DNA from: Halocafeteria seosinensis
Taxonomy: Eukaryota
Length of the DNA: 64,000 bases
Reading direction: 5' to 3'
NCBI GenBank assembly: GCA_001687465.1
Contig: LVLI01000204.1
Location: 62,001 to 126,000, forward strand
Position 1 is the first letter of the stretch. Every line of letters starts with the position of its first letter. Shown here one piece after another: positions 37,561 through 48,883 of this stretch. A model generated the notes under the pieces. It worked only from the letters and a program-made list of their open reading frames with translations. It made no database searches and was not told the DNA's origin. Made by a program: the position numbers and the translations under genes.

Positions 37561-40150
37561 ATGGAGGGGAAAGCAGAGGAGGAGGCCGTGGCCTCCTCGA
37601 CAGCGCAGCAGGAGCACCCACAGAGTCTTCGGGATAATGAAGGCCATTTATACCACTTCACAGCGGAGAAGGTGCGTTTTTTAATGCTAATAATTCTGCT
37701 GCTACCGCTCGTAGTGGCGGTGATACTACATGTGAACACGACATTGCAGGCTGGCATGTCTGGAATTGACAAGGAGCATGTCCAGAAAGTGATTCATGAA
37801 ATGAGTAAGAACTCAAAGTACTACCAAAATGCGCGTCACAGCGATGCAAAGCACCAGAAGCGCATTCAGCACAAATTGGACAAGCTTGAGAACGCAACGA
37901 AACATGAAATATTGATTGCCAAAAGGGAGACCCAGAGCATTATTGATCAAGCCGAAGCCAACCGCAGATTTTCTCATGTTTGGGTCGTCATCGACATGGA
38001 CATGTTTTTCGCAGCTGTCGAGATGAGAGACAATCCTGGTAGGTCCCTGTTTGAAATTTAGCTGCTATGTCCTCCCTGTTGAATCGCAAATCTCCGCTCT
38101 TGCAGAGTTGGCTAAAGTACCGATGGCGGTAGGATCCCAGTACGTCAATCGTGTATGCTGGTTGCTACCTTCGACTAGACCTAAAAACGGTCGGTGATGT
38201 TTTTGCAGAAGCATGATTAGTACTTCGAATTATATAGCGAGGAAATTTGGAGTTCGATCTGCTATGCCAGGATTCATCGCGAAGAAGTAAGCGATCAGTC
38301 CTAGCTAGCAACTGACTTTTCCACTTTTAACACCGCATATCTGCTACAGGTTGTGTCCCCAACTGGTAAGATATAGTTTCTCGTCACGCTGGTGGCTGTC
38401 AATGCCCCTTGAACAAGAGAGTATGTCTACAGCGGTTAGTTCCTCCGAACTACGAAAAGTATGCTGCGGCTGCCCAAGTCGGTAGAGGTTCGTACGAACA
38501 AAATGCCACCTGGAGATAATCGCATCTTTGATATTTCTCTGATTGCAGACGTCTTTAGAGAATACGACCCCAATTTCTCTGCTATGTCTTTGGATGAAGC
38601 GTACATTGATATGACTGATTACTTTAGAGAAAAGAAAGGTATCGATTTTTCAGGTATGTGAACCATCGCAGGTGCTATTCAGCGTCGTTCATCTCTATTG
38701 TTGTCAAAGCAGTTGTGTCGGTCGACGTTCATCGTGAAACAGTGGAAGCAGAGGTCCATAAAATGAGACAGAAAATGAAAGAGAAAACGAACGGGCTTAC
38801 TTGCAGCGCAGGGATTGGGCCCAATACAATGATTGCTAAAATTGCTAGCGACTTCAACAAACCCGACGGTCAACATTTTGTTCCATTCAACAAAGAGGGT
38901 GTCCTAGACTTTGTTAGAGATCTTCCAGGTTTGTACAGGTCAATATGTGTATAGTTTCTCTCTTACCAGTGTCTAAGGTTCGTCGATGTCCCCTATGCGT
39001 TCTGTTACAGTGAGAAAAATTCCGGGAATCGGCAAAGTCACTGAACAGTCCCTAAAATGTGTAGGGATAGAAACAGCCGGACAAGTACCTGAATATGCGT
39101 ACAAACTGTCCTACCTAATGACACCTACCATACGAGACAGTGTACTAAGGCGGTCACTGGGTATCGCAAGTGATGAGCACAGCTTCGAGGAATCTCCGTG
39201 AGTGGTTTAACTTTGTCTACTTGTGTCGCGGAAAGAGTGGAGCTGTCTTATGCTCGATTGCAGTCGCAAAAGCATTTCTGCTGAACGGACATTTAGGGAT
39301 GAGGAGAGAGAAGACAAACTTAAGGAGATCTGCTGGAAAATAGCATCGAAAATAGCAGAACGCATGCAGCGGGCAACAGACGATACTGATTCCGAAGACG
39401 AAGAAGACGCCGAAAACGATACCCATAAGAGCGATGAGGAAAGCCCATCATCTAGGAAAGTACCCTTCAAAGGAAAGACAGTCACCATAAAACTCAAGTA
39501 GGTCCTTTGTCCCGTGATTATACCTCGCTTGACGTCTCGAATTGCTGTAAGTTACTGTAAGCATTTTATTGTCTGGCAGGCTCCATGATTTTACAGTGAG
39601 AACTAGGGCCAAATCCTTGTACACTCCTACGAATGACTGTAAAATCATATTTGACAATGCATGGTCTCTGGTCAAAGCTGAATTCCCGCTAAAGCTCAGA
39701 TTGTTAGGCATTCGAATGAGCCAGCTGGTTTTCCCCGAAAATCCAGGCTATGATATATCGCGTTTCTTGTCGTCTTCTACTACAAAGAAACGACCACCGG
39801 ATGAACAGGAAAATTCTGTGGCTGACACCAGTGATGAAGATCTCCAGATTATTTCTGAAACAGTGAAAAGGCCGAAAGAATCCACTAACGCTTCATCCTC
39901 ACTTGCAGTGGTCGACGAGACTGCTAACGGTGAGTCAAAACACGATATCCGAGGCTTTTTTACCACAGGAAAATCGTCCTCCACGGCCTCGACTCGACCC
40001 TCGCGAACCACTGATCCAGGTCGTGAATACCAGTCGATGCTTCCCGACAGTTTCAAGGATATCGATATGGCGTCGTGGTCTGCATTACCTACCAGTATTC
40101 GTAGGGAATTGGAGGTGTATCTAAAGCAATCGAAATCAGGAGTGAGGTAG
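37561..40150 (+). CDS. POLK: Y-family DNA polymerase kappa (DinB); many short exons
   Basis: N-clasp K|AGMSGIDKEHVQKVIHEMSKNSKYY, VIDMDMFFAAVEMRDNP, STSNYIARKFGVRSAMPGFIA, SLDEAYID, AKIASDFNKPDGQ, RKSISAERTF, LRLLGIRMSQL. Confidence 0.95.
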
Positions 40151-40164
40151 CTGGGACGGTTGTA

Positions 40165-42465
40165 CTATCCAGATCTTGCTTCAACGATCCAAGGATCCTG
40201 CTCAGCAATGAATCCCATTGCCTCGCTAAAGGAACGAATCCATTTCTTATAGTAGAAAGCTAGACATGGTGGCATGGTATCTTCCACCTTGCTTTCGAGG
40301 GTATTAATGTTTTCGTACGATCCAGGTTTATTCCAACCCATCGGGAGACAGGAAAAGTGGACACTGAAGTAAAACTCGGGACCTTTGTCTCGATCTGGAA
40401 GGCAAATGCATTCTCCAGGAAGCCAGTCATACGAACCGTTGAGCATGTGCCACGTCCTACCCTGAGGAGCGCCGGCAAGCTTCGCTGCCCAGTCACCCAA
40501 GTTGGCGTCTTCCTTCGATGTTACGTAGTTCAGTTTCTCCGGGCGATTGAGATCCAAGGGCTGTGTTGTCACATCCAATGGACCCGACAATTCTATACCT
40601 AGCGTTTTCATTACGCGATATTTGTGAGGATTGAACTCAATGAGCTTCTGAAAGGTTGAGTGACTGAGTGGTTTCTCGAGGTAACCCATATGCGGCCCTT
40701 GTCGTGGATCGATTGAAAATGGATAGAGCTTATATTTCTTCTCGTTGACAGGGTTAGTGAACATGGTGAGCATTACCGACATATCGCCATAATGCCATGA
40801 GCCCCCTTCAAGACCTAGCTTATAAAGCTGAGATATGCCGTGTAAGAGCTTCAGTATCTGCTGAGTTCGTGCATTGCTGGGTTCAATAACCCACATCCCT
40901 CCAGAAATCTTTAGGGGAGCTCGCTGATTGCAGCTGGAGATGTAGTATACGGGAGACAAGATATATTTGCAGTGTCGTCAAATGTTGTAAGCATTGGCGT
41001 ACCAGTCGTTTGTAAATGCTGCGGTTAGTTCTGGATAAAAGAGTAGGTGATCGAGGTTCTTGAGAACAAGCACGTCACTGTCAAGCCAAAGTATCTGCGA
41101 AAGTAAATGCTATACCAACGCTTTTGTTAAGCTGTAGCAAGTAGTTAGGATGTCATCACACCTTCTTGTAACTCGTTTCGTTGAACACTCTAAGTTTATT
41201 TAGTGCCATTCCCCAAAAGTGCATCCGTCCTCCAGGAATTTTGATATGAGCTGTAAAGGAGTTGCAGACGATTAGGCATGCATAACCAGTACATGCGCCT
41301 GTACCCGACCCGTTATATACTTACGGGAATCCAATGCTAGCGGGGATACTACTTTCACTCTTACACCGAGGCGCTTCCACGCTTGCAGGTAGACGTCGGA
41401 AACAGCAACCGCCGGATCACTTATCTCTGCTACTTGACAGCTAACAGGGTTCTGTCCACCACGATTAACTGTTTTCAATTTCCCTTCAACACAATCCCGC
41501 GACCCCTTTCCCCCACCCGTCACAAGCACGACCTTGTGTATAGACGGGCAAGTATGAACATCATGTAGCGATTGTAGTAGAGCCGTAGCCATGCGAGCAC
41601 TTTCATCTCCAGTGGCCATTGTGTAAATCGCATGAGTACTTTCTGGGTGATATTCCTGGCAATACTTTGCATATGACGCATATGCAGTGTTGGCATTTAA
41701 GATCTCTAGGGACATCCTTTTCCTAAGTCCTTTGTCTGATTCCACGGGCTCAGCGTCCAAGAAATAACTTATGGTAGAAACCTCAGGGATAGTGCCTTCA
41801 TCATTATTGGAAGTTTTGTCCCTTTTATTTTCCTCCGTTAAAGGTATTCCCAACAGCTTCTTGTAATGGTTGACAAAACGTTGGTGGAGTCTAACTTCAT
41901 CCAATTGTTTGTCGGCTGCTTTACCCAGTTCCTTTGCTTCTTCTTCTTTGCCTAGACTCTTGAGACTTTGTATCGACTGCTCTATGTGTATAAGTTTGTT
42001 TTTGGCATCCAATAAGAGTTTCCCGCTTTCTTCCATCTTGGCGGCAATTCCAGCTCGTTGCTCTGTTCCTACCACAACACCCTTGGTCACATTTACCACG
42101 ATCCCATTTGAGTACAAGTGACTAGGGAATCTTTTCCTGGGAGCAGCTATTGAAGGGTCGACGTTCATCTTCTTCAAAGGTTTGCTCCCAGGTTTGGCGA
42201 ATCGTGTCAAGTTTCTGTGGTCATTCCCCCGAACTTGTCTAGTGGCACTTGCGGGTCCATACTTCGATGCAATTTGTCGCTCATGCATTACGCTGGCCAC
42301 TCTACGATTCGACTCCTCTATGGTGTCCGTTCTGTTGTAATACCATAAAGACCCCAATGAAATGTTCAACAGCAGCGATACCGTCACTAAGGCATACAAG
42401 AGTATCTCTGGGCGAAGACATACTGACTTCTTCGACCTAGTTGTTAATGGTGTTCGGCCGTCCAT
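40165..42465 (-). CDS. Glycosyltransferase family 8-like type II membrane protein; multi-exon
   Basis: N-terminal TM helix and stem, then spliced NKLRVFNETSYKK|ILWLDSDVLVLKNLDHL (DxD), SGGMWVIEPS and a VHF..KP-type motif. Confidence 0.75.
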
Positions 42466-42478
42466 CGTTTATGGGTAT

Positions 42479-42527
42479 ATATGAATCCACGCGTATGCAT
42501 GTATGAATCCACGTGTATGCATGTATA
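42479..42527. repeat. 22-bp direct tandem duplication just upstream of the GT8 start codon
   Basis: tatgaatccacgcgtatgcatg followed by tatgaatccacgtgtatgcatg (1 mismatch). Confidence 0.7.
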
Positions 42528-42698
42528 TCGGTGGAGTAGTAAATGAGCTATCAATAGCTTTGGTTAACTTCTTACTACCAGTGAGAGCTAACCTTGAGAG
42601 GTCGTGTAACTCAGGAAACGATCCGTTTATTCATTAGAAAAGCTAACGACATGCCTAGTAAGGTCCCAAGTTTCTATTATTCCAAGGAGTAAAACCAC

Positions 42699-43840
42699 TT
42701 ACAACCCCAATTTAGTTAATGCTGCCTTTGATGCTTCCATACCCAGGAAACACGCAGCATTGGCTGGAAATGCACGCACCATGGCGGGGCCGATGCCCTG
42801 GAACAACGAATGAAGGCCTTCGTCTTTGATAATATCCTTGCCTACTTTCATCATACTTCCTCGTGCACTTCCAGACTGCAATCGGCTCTTTACAGTATCG
42901 AAAGGAATAGCGATAGCCCAGTTACATACGCCGGCGAACCCACCGCCCATAATGACGGCGAATGGGGATAAAGCTCCGCCTTCCGGAGATAGACCTCGTT
43001 TTATCGCTTCGTACACTGAAAAGTAGGCGAAACTACCGACACCGTCTCTGGCTAGAGTAGCTGCGCTTCCTCGGAAAAGCGAAGTGATTCCTTCTTCCTT
43101 GACTATCGATTTCACAACATGTACGGGCCCAGTGTACTTTGGGGCTGTCCCATGTTGACCTTGAATCTGTAAGAGCACTTTGATTCTTTCACCAGGGGCC
43201 ATGATAGCCTGCGAACGAAGAGGATATGAAGGACTGTTACGCATCTTCAATATTGGTTCGACACCAGTACTACTTACAGTTGTAGGAACCGCAGAGAAAG
43301 CTCCTGCAGCTCCTACTTGAAGCATTGAAAGATGTTGTTCATCGCTAACTTTGCACGCTTTCCTAACTAGTTTGACACCAACATCGTACGCCCAAAAGCA
43401 TACAGCAAAAATGGGAGTTACCCCGGCCAATGGAGCTCCCATTCCTCTATAGAGCCCTCTAAACTGCAAAGAATCCGAACATAATTCCGTGTCAGTAAAG
43501 CCTCATTTCGCGCCCCCGGGGTCCCACTTACCCCATCAGATTTAATGGTCTGTTTGAACACGTCCATCATGCCCGAATATTGAGGTGCTTGACCAGCCTG
43601 GACTTTCATCGTCTGTAGCCTCACTTTCACAAGATCCAGAGGATGTCCTGCTACCACCAACGACATTCCCCCGAATCCTCCCGACAAAAAACTTTTGATC
43701 AGGGAATCCTCTGCACACCATAGTGGGAGAGAAAAGCACGATAGTGAAAGAGGTCTCCAACACCGACAGAATGGATTCATTCACTCACGCTTTCCTGGTG
43801 GCGTCGCTTGCGACGCCTGCTGATCCCTGTTATCGCCCAT
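42699..43840 (-). CDS. Mitochondrial carnitine/acylcarnitine carrier (SLC25A20-like); multi-exon
   Basis: SFLSGGFGGMSLVVAGHPLDLVKVRLQ, GLYRGMGAPLAGVTPIFAVCF, APGERIKVLLQ, RAFPANAACFLG. Confidence 0.9.
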
Positions 43841-44535
43841 TTTTCTACCTGTCCAAGCACAGTGCCCTCTAAACTCTTTGGGTAAATTTGTCGAGACGGA
43901 TTCACCACAGACGATACCAAGTCTGAGTCTTGTTCGAGCATCCAGTACTGGGAAAGGGAGCAATTTCGCCGCCGCTTCCTCGAAATCCTCGAACCGGGCC
44001 CGGCGCTGGGCCCGGAAAAATTCCGTTCCCGAAGAGACATTTGAGCGCTTTGGTATATAACTCTTAAAGTCGGAAAGATCGATTCCGCTTCTTTCTGATT
44101 GGCAAAGTGTACACTTGTTGGAAAAAAAGTGGTCTTAAGGTAAGTGATGGGTCAAATTCGAGTTTCTGAAGTGTTTCTCAGGTTTCCCGCAAACCAAATA
44201 GTCCTAATTATTATATAAAAAGTCCCTGTTTCATCTCCATTTTTCATGGGCAAGGTTTCCCTTCTCATCTCGAAGATGAAATAGCTTATTTGGTACCCAT
44301 GAGAGGAATTAGAGCCTTGATTGGTGAAGGAGCTGCGTCCCTCCAAACAACAAAAAGGGTGTTTGAGGGCGGATAGTGAAACCCGCCAACACTCAGAACA
44401 CATTAAGCGCAAGAACTGTAGAAATTGGCCCCCCTTCCGTCTGAAATTCTGCGGGTTTAATTATGCCCTGTTTGCTCCCCTTATATGCCGCAGATTCCGC
44501 AACTTGGTTGATAACTTTCAAGACCGAAAGCAAAT

Positions 44536-47500
44536 ATGTCGGACCGGAAAGAGGAGGAAACTTCGACGTTGGATAAGCTCAACTGCCTTGGGAGAATCCA
44601 CATGAGGCTAAAATACAAGTTGTTATTGTCTACCATGGGGACAATTGGTATTGGAACAGGGATAGCCTTGATAGCCGTTGCCATGCTGCTCGTTACAAGC
44701 TTCCCCGACTGGACGGAAAGTACAGAGAAGCGGATGCTCGACGCTGAAGAAGACAGTCTAGAGAGACTTGTTGCAGAAAAAGCGCAATTTGCCGACCTGT
44801 TCTATAAGCGGGTAGCGGGGGATCTCGATGGGATGTGTACTTACACCCAAGATATTTGGCGAGGAGCAGTTAAGCGAGACAGCACGAAGACCATAGACCT
44901 GGATGCAGACGCGGCGATGAGCAACAGTGCCTTGAATCGTATCAAGAGTGAACCAGGATGGGACGAAAGTGAAAACTGGAATCCGGACTTTTCAGGCTGG
45001 TACGGTTGTGAAAAATCCAGTCTTTCCTCCAACTGCCTCCCCGTATCATCGATTGGGGGACTAGACTCAAACGACCAGGATGTTTTGGAGAAGAGCGAAC
45101 CATTGCGACTCATTTATAAGGCTATCTGGGACGCTGGTTTTCCTCGACATTCTGAAGGGTTTTATGGTGTCGCGTTCGACGACTCGCTCGCCGCGGGTAC
45201 TGCTACTGACATGTCATCTGTCGTCAACAGCAACTACGTGCACTGGTACCCGTATTTTGACGCTTTGAATTTCGAGAACACAGAAATTTCGGAATGTGAG
45301 CTTATTGGGGGCACGGACGGATTCCTCGGGTTCACTCCTTATTGCAGAAAATGGTATGCCAACGCGGTGAATGCGGATCGAACTGATAAAATTGAGTTCA
45401 CTCCCCCATATATTTTTGCTGGGGCCAACGGGGGTCTAGGAGTGACAGCCTCAAGACGGGTGAAAGAGTATAGCAGCAGCATTAGTCCAGGGATACAAGA
45501 TCCTGGCTCACCGACAGGCAAACTTGGGGTTTGCATGACAGACTTTAATAATGCGGACGTTGATACCACTATCACCGGCGAACCAATTATCAACGAAGGT
45601 TTTGGTTTCATGATCACTGGAGACGCCACAGCCACGGTCGCGTACTCGGGAATTAACTTTGGTAATTCTCCTAAAGATCCTCCGCCTATTTGGGATTTGG
45701 TTTTCGGAGAAAGTGACAACTCTGATGATAAGCAGACTTTTAGAGATATGATTATGAATACGGTCATAAATAATGTGGAAGATAGTGACGAACGACGGAT
45801 GCAATACCAGCGAGGTGGAAACACGTGGTTCATAGCTTGGAGTGCTGTGCCTACCCCTGACTACATCGTTGCTCTTACTGTGCCGGATAAAGACATCCGG
45901 GAGCCCGTCGACGAAGCAAAGAGTGAAATCAACAATGTAATTGCCATTCTCATTGGAGTTTCCGCTGCAGTGTTTCTAGTGGTGGGTGCGATTATATTCT
46001 TCTTGACTAAGAAGCTAGCTGGAAGCATTGTCGAGCCGATCTACCTGCTTACACAACTTGTAAAGAAGATCAATAAGCGTCAATTCGATAAGGCCAACCT
46101 TCAATCATTTGTGGACGTCACTGATCCTCGTTTCGTCACGCGGGAGCTAGCCTCGTTGGACTCTATATTTCGTCAGATGTTCACTGTAGGTATTTGGCTG
46201 TTTGTAGTTTGTCTTAAGTAATTTTGTTTAAAGAGGTGCTATGGTTCAATTGCAGGCTGTGCGCGCCGGTGAAGGAAGCATCATCAAAGGAGAGTTGAAA
46301 GAAGCTGAGACCGTCTTCAATGAAGCAATGGAGTTGTTTAGGCGTCTCGGCCATATTCGAGGAATGGGGGTTTGCTATACAAACTTGGGGGCTGTCTACT
46401 TGATGAATGGCTTCCATGACAGAGCTATTGCTTATTTCCGCGATGCAGTGCAAAATGCAACTGACTTGCTGGAGCATTCTCAGGTCGGGGCGCCAACAGA
46501 AGACGCCGCAACGGTCGAGGATTCCGCAGCTGATCCTGAACCATCGAGCGGTGTGTTGAAGAGGAGTAAGACAACTCAGTTTACTCGAATGCTGAGAGAG
46601 GCTCGTGAAACTGTCCAATTCCGGAAAATAAACTTGGCCAAAGCGCTCTTGGCTAAGGCACTGTATACTATCCAGCATCTTTGCCCTCGTGAGTACAGTT
46701 CCGTATTTCCCAAGCATCCAGTTACAAGTGCCTCCCAGTCGTCCTCCGGGGAAGAGCAGAGCAAGATACTTGCTGACACTCTGAAAGATTTGAAGGAAGT
46801 TGCTCGACTGGGGATGGAGAGTCTGCACGACCTAGCCGATGCAAAGGTCGACAGGGTAAAACTTCTAGATGCACGCGCAGATGTTCTGAGAGCCCTCGTC
46901 GAAGCGATGGAATTTGAGGCACTAATAGCTGCCAAATCCGGTAACCATAAGGAACTCGTCGTGGGCGGATACTACAAGGCCCAAGCCGACGAAGAACTGG
47001 CAAAGATGTTGCAAGACATACAAATTGTCTGGCAAGAGCAGGACACCAAAGCCAAGCGCTTATATACTCGGGCCAAGGATAATGATGAAAAGGTTAAAGA
47101 GTTACAGAACGCCAAATACTTCGCGATGGCTGCTCATGCTCGTTTTCTTTTGGCCGAAAAACAGACACAGCACTGCGTGGATATGTTGCATCACATCTTC
47201 AGCACCAGTGAGACCATGGGCGGCGGTGTCCTTCGACAGTGTGCAGAAGACATGTCTTTGGCACTGTACCGTTTGGGGCATGTAGATGCCGCTAAGAAGG
47301 TTAGGCAAGAGTCCTGCTCAGGACTCTTGCCGCCGCGCAACTTTTGTTTCCTTCTGGACACTAGCGGGAGCATGGCGAATCTAATCGATAGTGCTGTTGA
47401 CAATCTTGCACGGTTGTACGATCAACATGTTAAGCACCGGGACAGTCTGGCAGTGTTCACTTACGATACTACGGCGAGATTACGTATCCCAAAGCGGAAA

Positions 47501-47991
47501 AAGGGGACAGGAAAACAGGTATGGTTGTAAATTAGCAATATCGCCGTAACACTGAGGCGAAATTGACAGTGTGTGTTTGTTGAAATTGTTTGCAGGCGGA
47601 AACTCTCCGGAATGACATAAAGGCTTTGAATAAAGTCCAAGGCCTTACTGCTTGCTATGATGCCATCTGGTTGGCCCTGGACGAATTGAAGGATGCCGAT
47701 ACCAAGACGGAGGACATCATTGTCTGCCTAACCGATGGAAGTGACAACCGCAGCAAGCATAAACTAAATGATTTGTGTCGCCGTATCAAAAGAGACTACT
47801 ACGATCGCGTCATGGTTATTGTGATAGCCCTTGGCAGCCTTAGAAACCGCGATGACCTGCGAAACATAACGAGGATGTCTAAGCATGGAGCTTTCATTGA
47901 AGCCGCTGCCGGTATTGAGGAAATGGACCAAGCTTTCCATCAAGTATCCGAGGCTATCTCTAGCGTTAGTGTTAGAATTGAGAGTATGTGA
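44536..47991 (+). CDS. Putative membrane receptor TM-dCache-TM-HAMP-TPR-vWA, paralog 1 (exons 44536-46185, 46256-47518, 47596-47991; 1102 aa)
   Basis: Two TM helices flank a Cache-like ectodomain (FTPYCRKWY, TPPY, GVCMTD, GFGFMI, YIVALTVP). Then HAMP-like IVEPIYLLTQLV...ELASLDSIFRQM, TPR GVCYTNLGAVY, and vWA LLDTSGSM...TACYDA...LTDGSDN. All exons splice in frame. Confidence 0.8.
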
Positions 47992-48883
47992 TGCCTCGCT
48001 AAGCTAGGGAATACACCATAGTTGTAGATGCACTTGTCGACTAGACTCATCGGTAAACGTATTTTTCGCCGTTATTATGTTCCCAGAGTCCCGTCAGAAT
48101 CCTTCCAGTGTACCATGAAATAGTCAGTCGGTAGGCCATAAGTCACACACTCGTACGTGTGCGCCAATGGGTTGTAGGGAATTGAGTCATTTCACAAGTC
48201 AACTGGTAACTCCATATATATTCGTATGAAACGCTGCACTATATAGTGTAGCGTACCCTCAAAAAATTGTGATTCCGGATGGAATGTGCCTAGCAAAATT
48301 GTTGCCTACCAGGCAGAATTCTTGCCGCTTGTATTGGTAAGACTGACTTGGAATCAGGAACTGCGCTAGGCCGCTAAGGACGTACTTCGGTTCCCAGACG
48401 AAGAACACGTGCCGAAGTTGAAGTTGGCATGCGACCTACACTTTGTCCCTTGATTACTCCAGACCAGGCAGGTTTGTTTGGAATGTACTGCGTCTACGGT
48501 CTGAAGCATGTATGTGTGCTCACTTAGTTTGTGTCTTGGGTCGCGGGGAGACGCATAAAAGAGGCAAACGAGGCGTTCCGGCGAACAGAAGGAGACTCCT
48601 GGTCCTGTAAGTACATTGTCTTTGTTGTCCCCCCCCTTTTTTTTCAGTCCATATTATACACACGATTACTAACACTCCACTGCACTTAGTTTCGCGGGAA
48701 CATTCGCTCTGAGTGCCCTGTGGACGGACAAAAACACCTCCGGAGGGGATCGCCGGGGGAATCGCCACCGCCAACACTCCGGTGAATTCCACGAAGTCCC
48801 ATTACCATGATTCCATGTCGTTTACGGTGTTTCTGACTATTGCAGAAGGTTCAGTGAAATATCCCCGTGGTTTCTTACCGAAA

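Noticed and set aside
48713..48883. N-terminal extension of receptor paralog 2 shown in the ORF track
   Set aside because: It begins at a non-ATG codon, and alignment with paralog 1 supports the ATG at 48884.
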